Below, one piece after another: positions 11,953 through 22,449 of a stretch of 64,000 bases of DNA. Position numbers and translations under genes: made by a program. The DNA comes from Mobula hypostoma (Eukaryota), in assembly GCF_963921235.1 (NCBI RefSeq), contig NC_086109.1:3598001-3662000 (forward strand), read 5' to 3'. Under the pieces are notes generated by a model. It did not search any database. It was not told the origin of the DNA and saw only the letters and a list, made by a program, of their open reading frames with translations. Positions within the stretch are counted from its first letter, which is position 1. Each line of letters starts with the position of its first letter.

Positions 11953-13289
11953 TGTTACGATCCGGACCGTTGATTCCCTGTTTTCCCGTGTCCCTCGATT
12001 TTGGTGATTAGAGGCAATTAACACTCGGCTGAACTGGTAGTTTATACTCTCCGGCTTTCAGCCATTCGGTGCGGGAGCGTTTGCAAAGTCACCAAGGTAC
12101 GGCGTGCCAATGTCATCTGGCCGGAGCAAGCCTAGTCTCCGCCCGAAGCAAGTGCCGGTAATTCACCTTTCCTCACCGGAGCAACCCTGTCAAGTTACCT
12201 CGCCAAAGCGAGCCTGCAAAGTTTCCTCACTGAGGTGGGTCCATCAGTTAACCCGCCAGAGGGAATCAAGAACCGCTGTCTACTGTTCCCAATCCGAGTC
12301 GAGAGCTCAGCACTACCCAGAGGCTCCAAGTCAAGTCCCGGCTCCGGGCGGCGTTCAAGTACCAAGTCAAGTCCTGGCCCTGGCGGTCTGTGATTCCTGT
12401 CCTACCCCCTTGTCTGAATACCTTCTTTGTCCCTCTCGCCTCTCGCCCCTCGCCCTCGTCTGCAGCCCCCGCCTGCACTTCGGTCTAGATCCATCGTCGG
12501 AGCTAGATAAATACTGTCTGGTGTTCATTCGTGTTGGTCTTGTCTTGTCTTGTCCTGTCCTCGCCTCCGTGGGGTAAGTCAGGCCGTCTTGCCGTTGCCC
12601 CGCGGAGGGTCATGAATCCCTGCCCTATGTCCTGCACCCAAGGAGGGGGTCCCGGCTCTCTGTTCTGTGTGTGAGTCCCGGCCCTATGTCCTGTGACCAA
12701 GGAGGGGTCCCGACTCTGTGTTCTGTGTGTGAATCCCGGCCCTATGTTCTGTACCCAAGGAGGGGTCCCGGCTCTCTGTTCTGTGTGTGAGTCCCGGCCC
12801 TATGTCCTGTGACCAAGGAGGGGTCCCGGCTCTCTGTTCTGTGTGTGAGTCCCGGCCCTATGTCCTGTACCCAAGGAGGGGTCCCGGCTCTCTGTTCTGT
12901 GTATGTGTCCATGGTTCCATGTACCTGCTCCCTGAGACCGAGGCTCTGTGTTCCCATGTTCCTCCTCTCCCTAGCCCCTGTCATGTCCTTGCCTGGTTCT
13001 GGGGTCTGAGCCCGGGGCAAGACCCAGGTACTGGGTCCTTGCCCAGTCTCTGGCTCGGAGTCCATACCCTAGCCTCTTCATGTCGCTGCTAGTTCTGGGA
13101 TCCAATTCCGAGTCCAAGCCCAGACCCCTAGTCCCAGCCTAGTCGTAGTCCTGAGTCCTTGTCCGGTTCGCTATTCCTGCTCCTGCTTTGCTCTCCTGGT
13201 ATCAAACAATAAACTCAATTTAATTAACCTCACAAGATGTGTCTTGCTTTCGGGTCCACCCTTGCTCCCAATGTCCTGCCATTGTGACA
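11953..13289 (+). mobile_element. Probable solo LTR (Gypsy-type) with internal minisatellite
   Basis: Termini TGTTAC...GTGACA, CpG-rich body, TATA-like TTTATA near 12040 and AATAAA about 80 bp before the end. No matching TSD seen. Confidence 0.6.
12615..12905. repeat. ~59-bp tandem repeat, about 5 copies
   Basis: Unit GTCCCGGCCCTATGTCCTGT(G)ACC(C)AAGGAGGGGTCCCGGCTCTCTGTTCTGTGTGTGA. Confidence 0.9.
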
Positions 13290-13308
13290 GCACTTCTGAT
13301 ATGTGGAG

Positions 13309-14865
13309 CAACACACACAAAATGCTGGTGAACGCAGCAGGCCAGGCAGCATCTATAGGAAGAGGTGCAGTCGATATTTCGTGCCGAGACCCTTCGTCAG
13401 GATTAACTGGAAGAAGAGTTATTAAGAGATTTGAAAGTGGGAGAGGGAGGGGGAGATCCGAAATGATAGGAGAAGACAGGAGGGGAGGGGTTGAGTCAAG
13501 AGCTGGACAGGTGATTGGTAAAAGGGATACAAGGCTGGAGAAGGGAGAGGATCATGGGACGGGAGGCCTAGGGAGAGAGAAAGGGGGATGGGGGGAAAAA
13601 CCCACAGGATGGCAAGGGGTATAGTGAGAGGGACAGAGGGAGAATAAAGAAAGAAAATGAAAGGGGGGGGGGATAAATAAATAAATAAATAGATAAATAA
13701 ATAAATAAATAAATACATAACAGATGGGGTACGAGGGGGAAGTGGGGCATTAACGGAAGTTAGAGAAGTCAATGTTCATGGCATCAGGTTGAAGGCTACC
13801 CAGATGGAATATAAGGTGTTGTTCCTCCAACCTGAGTGTGGCTTCATCTTTGCAGTAGAGGAGGCCGTGGATAGACGTGTCAGAATGGGAATGGGATGTG
13901 GAATTAAAATGTGTGGCCACTGGGAGATCCTGATTTCTCCGGCGGGCAGAGCGTAGCTGTTCAGCGAAATGGTCTCCCAGTCTGCGTCGGGTCTCGCCAA
14001 TATATAGAAGGCCACATCGGAGCACCGGATGCAGTATATCACCCCAGCCGACTCACAGGTGAAGTGTCACCTCACCTGGAAGGACTGTCTGGGGTCCTGA
14101 ATGCTGGTAAGGGAGGAAGTGTAAGGGCATGTGTAACACTTGTTCCGCTTACAAGGATAAGTGCCAGGAGGGAGATCAGTGGGGAGGGATGGAGGTAACG
14201 AATGGACAAGGGAGTCACGTAGGGAGCGATCCCTGTGGAAAGCAGAAAGGAGAGGGAAGGGAAAGATGTGCTTGGTGGTAGGATATCCATGGCCATCCAT
14301 GGCCTCCTGTACTGTCAAGATGAAGCCACACTCAGGTTGGAGGAACAACACTTTATATTCCGTCTGGGTGGCCTCCAACCTGATGGCAGGAACATTGATT
14401 TCTCTAACTTCTGTTAATGCCCCTCCTCCCCTTCTTACCCCATCCCTTATTTATTTATTTATTTATTTATTTATTTTCTCCCCTTTCTTTCTCTCTCTTT
14501 TTTCTTCCTCTGTCCCTCTCACTATATCTTCCTCCGGTGCTCCCCTCCCCCTTTCTCTCTCCCTAGGCCTCCCGTCCCATGATCCTCTCCCTTCTCCAGC
14601 CTTGTCTCCCTTTTGCCAATCACCTGTCCAGCTCTTGGCTCCATCCCTCCCCCTCCTGTCTTCTCCTATCATTTTGGATCTCCTCCTCCCCCTCTCACTT
14701 TCAAATCTCTTACTGTCTTTTCTTTCAGTTAGTCCTGACGAAGGGTCTCAGCCTGAAACGTCGACTGTACCTCTTCTTATAGATGCTGCCCGGCCTGCTG
14801 CGTCCACCAGCATTTTGTGTGTGTTGCTTGAATTTCCAGCATCTGCAGATTTCCTCGTTTTTGCG
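13309..14865. mobile_element. Penelope-like element (Neptune-like) with inverted structure and GIY-YIG endonuclease remnant
   Basis: Minus arm 13309-~14290 encodes GTYPCKRNKCYTC...IYCIRCS/CGLLYIGETRRRLGDHFAEQLRS...LRLEEQHLIFHLGSLQPDAMNIDF. Plus arm ~14295-14865 repeats the 3' part. TSD TCTG(A/G)TATGTGGAG at 13295-13308 and 14866-14879. Confidence 0.9.
14731..14766 (+). ncRNA. Minimal type-I hammerhead ribozyme motif in the PLE terminal repeat
   Basis: AGTC-CTGACGA-AGG gtctcag CCT-GAAAC-GTC-GACT: CUGANGA and GAAA cores, stem I AGTC/GACT, stem II, palindromic ACGT stem III and a GUC cleavage triplet. Confidence 0.7.
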
Positions 14866-15161
14866 TCTGGTATGTGGAGTATGTTTAATGTTGAACTGCA
14901 ATGTTCAGGCGTGGTTTGTTCCAGTAAGAGGGAAGGACAAGGATATCAAGATACAGAGGTCCTGGATGATGTGAGAAGTAGTTAATTTAGCCAAGAAGAA
15001 GTAGGAAGTATTCGTAAATCCCCAGAAGCCGAATCAAACAGCACTGAGCAAAATAAAGGAAGCAGAAAGAAATTGAAGAAAGCAGTTTGCAGCACTAGAG
15101 GGGGTTACAAGAAATCCATGGCAAATAGGATTAAAGAGAATTCAAAGATACTGTAGTTTAG

Positions 15162-15333
15162 CAACACACACAAAATGCTGGAGGAACTTAGCAGGCCAGG
15201 CAGCATCTCTGGAAAAGGATACAGTTGACATTTCGGGCCGAGACCCTTCAGCAGGACTTCCTGGCCTTCTGAGTTCCTCCAGCATTTTGCCTGTGTTGCT
15301 TGGATTTCCAGCATCTGCAGTTTTTCTCTTGTT
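15162..15333. mobile_element. Short inverted Penelope-like insertion (older subfamily)
   Basis: CAACACACACAAAATGCTGGAGGAAC...GTTCCTCCAGCATTTTG...TGTGTTG plus tail; degenerate TSD CAAAGATA(C/T)T(G/A)TA. The minus strand keeps GGGTCTCGGCCCGAAA. Confidence 0.75.
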
Positions 15334-16297
15334 ACCAAAGATATTATACGCATCCACCAAGCGCAGGAGGATAACTGGGAGAGGGTAGGACCACCCAAGG
15401 GACAAAGGAGAGAGCGTGTGCTTGTAGGCGGAGGACGCGGGTGAGAATCTAAATGAGTGCTTTGTGTCGGTATTTACTCAGGAGAAGGATGTAAGGGACA
15501 ATGAGGTCAGAGTAAGGTGCTGAACCATTTCGAGATCAGGAAAGTGGCAGTGTAGAGTCTCTTGAAAAACATTAAGGTGATTAAGTCCCCAGGGCCTGAT
15601 GAAATATACCTGAGGTTACTGAGAGAGGTGAAAGATAAGATTGTTGGAGCCTTGATCAATATCTTTGCTAGTCACATGCGTGGTGCTGAAGGACGACTGA
15701 GTGGGTGAGTGTGTCTGCAGACGACACAAAGGTTAGTGGTGTTGTGGATTGAATAAAAGATTGCCAAGAGATCCACTGAGACATATATCATGTGAAGAAA
15801 ACACAGACTGACTTTATTCCGGGCAAGTGTGAGTCGTGCACTTTGGGAGATCCAGTATAAAGAAAGAGTACCCAGTTGCTGGAGGATCCTTCACAGCATT
15901 GATGCGCAGAAGGAACTTAGAATCCAAGTACGTGCCTACCTAAAATTGGCCGCGCAGGTTGATAGGGAGGTAAAGAAAGAATACTGTGTGTTTGTCTTTG
16001 TTTATTGAGGCAATAAGTTCAAGAGCTAGAAAGTTCTGTTACAACTTTATAAAACTCTGGATAGGCCATATTTTGCATTCTGTTCTGGTCACCTCATTAC
16101 AGGAAGAATGTGGAAGCTTGGAAGAGAGTGCAGAGGAGGGTCTCTGGAAAAGCCATGTCCTCCACACCAGGACGCTGCCTGCTGTGGACGACACGTGCTC
16201 CAATGAGAGCTTAGACAAGCTTGAGATGTTTTCTGTGGAGTGATGGAGGCTGAAGGGAGATTTAATAGACATTTATAAAATTATGCATGGCATAGAC

Positions 16298-17485
16298 CAG
16301 GGGTCCCCAATCTTTTTTACTCCGCGGACCGGTTTATTATTGACAATATTCTTGCTGACCGGCCGACCCCAGGGGGCGGGGGGAAGGGTTGCCAACAGAC
16401 AAGAGTAGCAGTCAAATACGTTGTGTTTACCCCGAGAAGGACTACCCTGACCATGAAGCCTTGCTCGGGCACCTGTGTGCACTTGCGTGTACGTGCCAAT
16501 TTTTTTCTACAAATCGTTTTTGACGATTCTGTTCGGGGGTGGTGTTAATCATGACCAGAATATAGGTGATAAGTGGCTAATACACTCAATTTCGTTTCTA
16601 AAAGAGTTTATCTAACGAATTTAATATTAAACACACAGCGCAAATTCTCCTTGCATGAATATAGTGATAAGTCAATTATCAGGGGAGGACAGGGGAGCTT
16701 GAAGTAAGTGTTGAACGAACTTCCAGTAGAAGTGGTAGAGCCAGGTTCGATATTATCATTTGAAGAAAAATTGGATAGGCATATGGACAGGAAAGGAATG
16801 GAGGGTTATGGGCGGAGTGCAGGTCGGTGGGACTAGGTGAAAGTACGGACTAGAAGGGCCGAGATGGCCTGTTTCCGTGCTGTAATTGTTATATGGTTAT
16901 ATAAGTCACTTATAAGTCAATAGCATCATAACATCTTAAGTAACATTTGGATATTAAACACATAGCACATATTTTCCCCATATGAACATATAAAATCATT
17001 GCAACACACCAATATCGCTGAATCAGTGGGAGCCCTGGGCTTGTTTTCCTGCAACAAGACGATCCTATCGAGGGGTGATGGGAGACAGCGATACTCGAAG
17101 GGGGTTCCTTATGTCCAGTCTATTCTGCAATTTAGTTTTCGTTGCATTCATTGCAGAGATATGTTGGAAATGGAAACAATGTTTTCAGTGCTTTCGTGGC
17201 TATCTCAGGATATTTAGCCTGGACTTTGATCCAGAATACCGGCAGAGATGTTATGTCAAACATACTTTTCAGCCCACTGTCATTTTCAAGCTCCAGGAGT
17301 TGAGCTCCTTCCCGTGTTGACATGGATAACGCGTGGGTTATGACCTCGCATGCGTTAAAGTTCAACAGTGAGCGTGACAGGGAATGAGGAAAGGTGCAGC
17401 TGACTCATATCGCTAAATCATATTGTTTCCTTGCGGCCCAGTAGCACATGCTTTGCGTCCCGGTACCAGTGGTTGGGGACCGCTG
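16298..17485 (-). mobile_element. Non-autonomous hAT (Charlie/Buster-like) DNA transposon
   Basis: TIRs CAGGGGTCCCCAA / TTGGGGACCGCTG. 8-bp TSD (G/A)CATAGAC at 16290-16297 and 17486-17493. Transposase C-terminal remnant LPVFWIKVQAKYPEIATKALKTLFPFPTYLC. Confidence 0.9.
16677..16911 (+). mobile_element. CR1 3' tail nested inside the hAT element
   Basis: GGAATGGAGGGTTATGG...GGCCTGTTTCCGTGCTGTA tail, flanked by ATAAGTCAAT at 16667-16676 and 16912-16921. Confidence 0.7.
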
Positions 17486-17964
17486 ACATAGACAGACTAG
17501 ACAGCAAGTATCTTTTTGAAATGTCTAATACTATAGGGCATGCACTGAAGGAGAAACGGAGACAGTTCAAAGGAGATGTGCAGGGCAGGTTTTTTTACAC
17601 AATGAGTGTCTGCAATGTGCTGGAGGCAGACAGCATAGGAACATGTTAGACAACATCTAAAGTAAATATACAGTTATGCAGAGAAACGAGGGATATGGTC
17701 AATATGTGAGGAAGAGGGATTAGCTTAATAGGGGTTTATTGGATTAATTAGCATACATGGTGGGTTGAAGAGCGTTTTCTATTCTGTACCGTTCTATAGA
17801 ACAGATGGTACACTTTGTATTGTAGATGTTTAAAATCAGACTTTATGGGAGTTGGGGTGTTCTTTCAGCGAGACCTCATTTCACCCATCACTTAATGCTC
17901 ATGCTCCCTCATCTCAACCATGTCTAGGGCATGCCTGGGCTGATCCTCTGAGGATAGGTTCATT

Positions 17965-18315
17965 CGCTACGTGCTGTGTCGTATGTCGTGGGTGATCGCC
18001 ATCTTTCCGTGACCCTGATTGTTCTTGGCAAATATTTCTTCAGAAGTGGTTGACCATTGCAGCCTTCTGGGCAGTGTCTTTAGAAGACATGATCAATACT
18101 CTCCAGAGATTGTCTGCCTGGCGTCAGTGGTCACATAACCAGGACTTGTGATCTGCACCGGCTGCTCATACGACCATCCACCACGTGTTCCTGTGGCTTC
18201 ACATGACCCCGATCGGAGGGGCTAAGCAGGTGCTACACCTTGCCCAAGGATGACCTGTGGGCTAGCGGAGGAAAGGAGTGCCTTACACCTCCTTTGGTAG
18301 GGATGTATCTTCACC
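17965..18315 (-). mobile_element. Short non-autonomous RTE-associated repeat (copy 2)
   Basis: Reverse complement of the family at 8168 and 20430, including a GCAATGG.CAACCACTTC-type tail. Confidence 0.75.
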
Positions 18316-19324
18316 CTTCCACCCTCTGAGGATAGGTGGGCAGCACCTGTCGGAAACTGTTCTGGCAATCGGGGAGACGTTGGGCTTGGTGTGTCAGTAC
18401 TACTTGCTGTCCTCTCGGTACTCTACAGTCAGTGATCACAGCGGGAGAACCGCTGAACATCCAACCCTTTGTCATACAACGACTGTTTGGCGTTTCAGTA
18501 ATGAGACCACTGTGGTGATTTCTCCCCACTTTCAGTTTTCATTTGATTGTAACAATCCATTCGCTGATTGTTGTGCTTTAGATTCTGTCTCAGAACAAAG
18601 GAAGCTCTGATTAGTTAAATCACAGGTTAGGAAATTGACAAATGCACACAGCAGTTTTAATTTTGTGACTCTGCTCTGAAACAGATCAAAGACTAAAGCT
18701 CTCTTGAAAATAATGTCTCTTTAGTGTTTACTAGATCTTTCTGGTTCAGAATTTCTTTTGTAATCTTCTGATTATGCAGATGCTTTATTATGGAACATTT
18801 GCAATTAATTTTCAATGGTTGTAGGTGTGAATCTATAAAATGTGCAGAGGGAGTGATTGAGATGGTGCCTCATTTTGCCCTCTCCGTCTTTAATGCACAT
18901 CATTTTAATTAAATGGGAAGTCTTTCAAGTCACTTTCTAAGAGACATTCAGTAAGATAAACACATGCATTGTAAAATCACTTTTCCAGCTTTATTGATGA
19001 TTTAAAAATTTATCTTAAGCATGATGTTTTTGCCTTACCGTATCCAGCAGTGGGAACTCAGAGCTGGAAATACTTCTAATTTAATTTGGCATTTAACTTT
19101 TGCCCTGAGTGGATCTGGACATGACATCATTCTGGGTAAGATACTTGGTGCATCACAGAATGATTTCATTGCCGTTTGCTTCTGAACTGGAATACAGGAG
19201 ACCAGGCTGCAGCCTTCCTCCGTAATTGTGGGTGCAGCCTTCCTCAGTAATTGTGGGTGATTCTTTACTCTCCAGCAGTTGGTCAGGTCTGTCGATTGTT
19301 CTGAAATCTTCTCCAATGTGCAGT

Positions 19325-19634
19325 AAAGGCATTCGTTAGTCTTGCGAGACCATGGACCTGCGCCTGGAAAGTCTTGACTCTCCAGGGTGCAGGCCTGGGC
19401 AAGGTTGTATGGAAGACCAGCAGCTGCCCATGCTGCAAGTCTTCCCTCTCCATGACACCAATGTTGTCCAAGGGAAGGGCATTAAGACCCATACAGCTTG
19501 GCACCAGTGTCATCGCAGAGCAATGTGTGGTTAAGTGCCTTGCTCAAGGACACAACGCACTGCCTCAGCCAAGGCTCGAACTCACGACCTTCAGGTCACT
19601 AGTCCAGTGCCTTAACCACTTGGCCACATGCCCA
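19325..19634 (-). mobile_element. tRNA-derived SINE
   Basis: Near-identical reverse complement of 33780-34090. Confidence 0.85.
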
Positions 19635-19744
19635 CACTGCAATGTGCAACATTAGTGGAGTAACTCCATCCCATGAAGTGTGGGAAAGATCTGAGACACT
19701 GCAGAAGAAGCCAGATAGAAAAGGGTCCCACCAATGTTCCCTGG

Positions 19745-20400
19745 GCTACACGACTGGTTACAAATTTCTAATCACAATATCAACACACCAGTATCACCCT
19801 CTCTGCCATGACAAGCCACTTTCAGAATGTAATTTATCAACTTCCCTTGGCTCCCGAGGGTTCTCACCTTCAGGACCAGCCTACCACATGGGACCTTGTC
19901 AAATGCCTCACTAAAGTCCATGTAAACCACGTCAACTGCACTGCCCTCATCAATACGTTTTATTACCTCTTCAAACAACTCAGTTAAATTAATCAGTCGT
20001 GATCACCAGCAACAAATCAGTTCTGATCAATCTCTGTCTTTTCAACTGTTGATTAGTCCTGTCCCTCAGGATCTTTTCCAATAACCTCCCTACCATTGAT
20101 GTGAGGCTCTCAGCTGACTTATTCCTCCTGCTCTGTTGAATAAAGGGTCAATATTCTCCACCTTCCTGTCATCTGGCACCTCAGCAGTGGCTAGTGAAGA
20201 TGTAGCTCTCTTCTGTCTGTGTTCGAGCAGTCTCTGCACTTGACTTCCATAGCAGCCAGCGCCAAGAGTTGTTGGGACTTGCGTCAATGAGGCAGTGATG
20301 CAGATAAATTTCTTTACTGAAGACCTGTGAATCTTTGGATATCTCCAACCCAGGGCACAGCCAGAAGCCCAGTCTGTATATATTCAAGACTTGGGTCAAT
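19745..20400 (-). mobile_element. CR1 RT fragment
   Basis: FEEVIKRIDEGSAVDVVYMDFSEAFDKVP motif. Confidence 0.8.
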
Positions 20401-20429
20401 AGATTTATGTAAGCAATTATATTGGAGAG

Positions 20430-20778
20430 TCGGGGTGGAGATACGTCTCTACTAAAGGAGGTGTAAAGCGCTTCTTCCCGCCGCTAACCTACAGGTCGCC
20501 CTTAGGCTGAGCACCTGCTTAGCCTCCTCGATCGGTGTCACGTGAAGCCACGGGATCGGATGGTGGATGGTTGTATGAGCAGCTGGTGCACATCACAAGT
20601 CCTGGTTAAGTGACCGCTGACGTGAGGCAGTCAGTTTCTGAAGAGTATTGATCATGGCTGGGGGTCACCCGTCTTGTAAAGACACCGCCCAGAAGAAGGC
20701 AATGGCCAACCACTTCCGTAGAAAAATCATGGTCATAGCCCATGATCGCCTACATTAGATGAAAGCGGCACATAACGG
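20430..20778 (+). mobile_element. Short non-autonomous RTE-associated repeat (copy 3)
   Basis: Same head as 8168; tail contains GAAGAAGGCAATGGCCAACCACTTC, resembling BovB/RTE-related motifs. Confidence 0.75.
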
Positions 20779-21514
20779 ACCCACAAAGGAACTATAAACA
20801 AGGAGAGAGGCAGCACCGGTGGTACTGAGAGTGGCCTCCTCAAAGTTCAAAGTAAATATATTGTCAGAGTATGTATGCAGTATATAGCCTTGAGGTTCGT
20901 CTTCCCACAACAGCCAAGAAACAAACACAATAGAAGCCGTTTAAAGAACACCCCCACATAATTAACATCAAACAACCAATGCATGAAATAAAGAACAGTT
21001 TGTGCAAACAAACAACATCAATGGCGAAGTCCCTGAAAGTGAATCCTCAGCACTGTGCTGAAGGCCGTAGGCCACAGCTGCAGAATTGGAGCACCCTGAT
21101 TAAATTGCACAGATTGTGAAAAAGAACTGCACATAAAACACAAGTAACATGAACTGCAGAGCCCCTGAAGCGAGTCCACAACTGCGGAGCGTGTTGAGCG
21201 CTGAGGCAAGCCCGTCCAGAAGCCTGATGGGTGGCGGGCTACTGCTGCTCCCGACCCTGGTGGTGTGGGATCCAAGGCCCCTGCACCTTCTGCCCACTGG
21301 CCGCAGTGAGACACACCGGTCAAACTCAGGCAGATGTCGCTGAACATCTGGTCGCTTTCCGCTCTCATCCTCGACGAGTTTGACCTTGCTCGGCGCAGAG
21401 TAATGGAGTCGACCACGGGTTTGTGTTCCGCTTTTAGGAATCAACGCAGAATGTCATCCACACTGAATGACCCCCAGGAGACTACAGGAGTACCAGATTG
21501 TTCAGCTGGCCCAA

Positions 21515-21762
21515 AAGAGGAAAAACTTTTTCACCCAGAGAGTGGTGGTTCTGTGGAATGCTCTGCCCCAGGAGGCAGTGGAGGCCAAGTCTCTGGATGC
21601 TTTCAAGAAAGAGATGGATAGAGCTCTTAAAGATAGCGGAATCAAAGGTTATGGGGATAAGGCAGAAACTGGATACTGATTGTGGATGATCAGCCATGAT
21701 CACAGTGAATGGCAGTGCTGGCTCAAAGGGCCGAATGGCCTACTCCTGCACCTATTGTCTAC
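21515..21762 (+). mobile_element. CR1 3' end
   Basis: RKNFFTQRVVVLWNALPQEAVEAKSLDAFKKEMD followed by the GGCCGAATGGCCTACTCCTGCACCTAT tail. Confidence 0.85.
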
Positions 21763-21846
21763 ATAGTTAGGCTGCAATCGATCTCAGTTCAGAAGGCAAA
21801 TACAGTTTACTTAGCAGAGGAAGGGAATCCAGCAGTTTTCTAAACT

Positions 21847-22041
21847 AACACACACAAAATATGCTGGTGAACGCAGCAGGCCAGGCAGCATCTATAGGAA
21901 GAGGTACAGTCGACGAAGAGTCTCGGCCTGAAACGTCGACTGTACCTCTTCCTATAGATGCTGCCTGGCCTGCTGAATTCCACCAGCACTTCTTGTGTGT
22001 GTTGCTTGAATTTCCAGCATCTGCAGATTTCCTCGTGTTTG
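21847..22041. mobile_element. 195-bp palindromic Penelope-like insertion
   Basis: About 65-bp near-perfect inverted arms around a short loop, plus a 3' tail. Perfect 13-bp TSD AGTTTTCTAAACT at 21834-21846 and 22042-22054. Confidence 0.9.
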
Positions 22042-22449
22042 AGTTTTCTAAACTGTCAGTACGTTGTTACTAATGGTCAAAGCTCAAGCATTTTGCCAGG
22101 AACCGGTTTCATGGAGAATTTTACCTGTTGGATGTAGCTGGTGCCTTTGTTAAAGCCGGAATCAGCTGATAATTTCACACTTGGTGTAAGTTATTACTGA
22201 CTACCGCTGTGTTCATTCCTTGGAGCTTCTTTACTGCAGCAAGGAGAATGTAAAGGTGTCCAAACACGATGTTAAAAGAGGCTTCAGACGAAAGACAAAG
22301 TACAAGGTACCACATTTGCAAGGCACACGGTAATCTGCAAGCTCCACATGAGGTTCGAATTGGTGATTTCCTGGTGCTGGTCAGACCCACTCCTTAAGTG
22401 TAAAACAGAGTCAAAAAGACAATCTACGGGGGCGGGGGGAGGGGGTAAG

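Larger units (their letters stand above)
14990..17795 (+). mobile_element. Heavily decayed CR1 LINE hosting PLE and hAT insertions
   Basis: AAGTCCCCAGGGCCTGATG (KSPGPD), GCAGACGACACAAAG (ADDTK) and AAGGGAGATTTAATAGA (RGDLI) motifs; the CR1 tail resumes after the hAT TSD. Confidence 0.75.

Noticed and set aside
14161..14985. Longest ORF in the track (274 aa)
   Set aside because: Chance read-through across the PLE inversion junction and low-complexity UTR.
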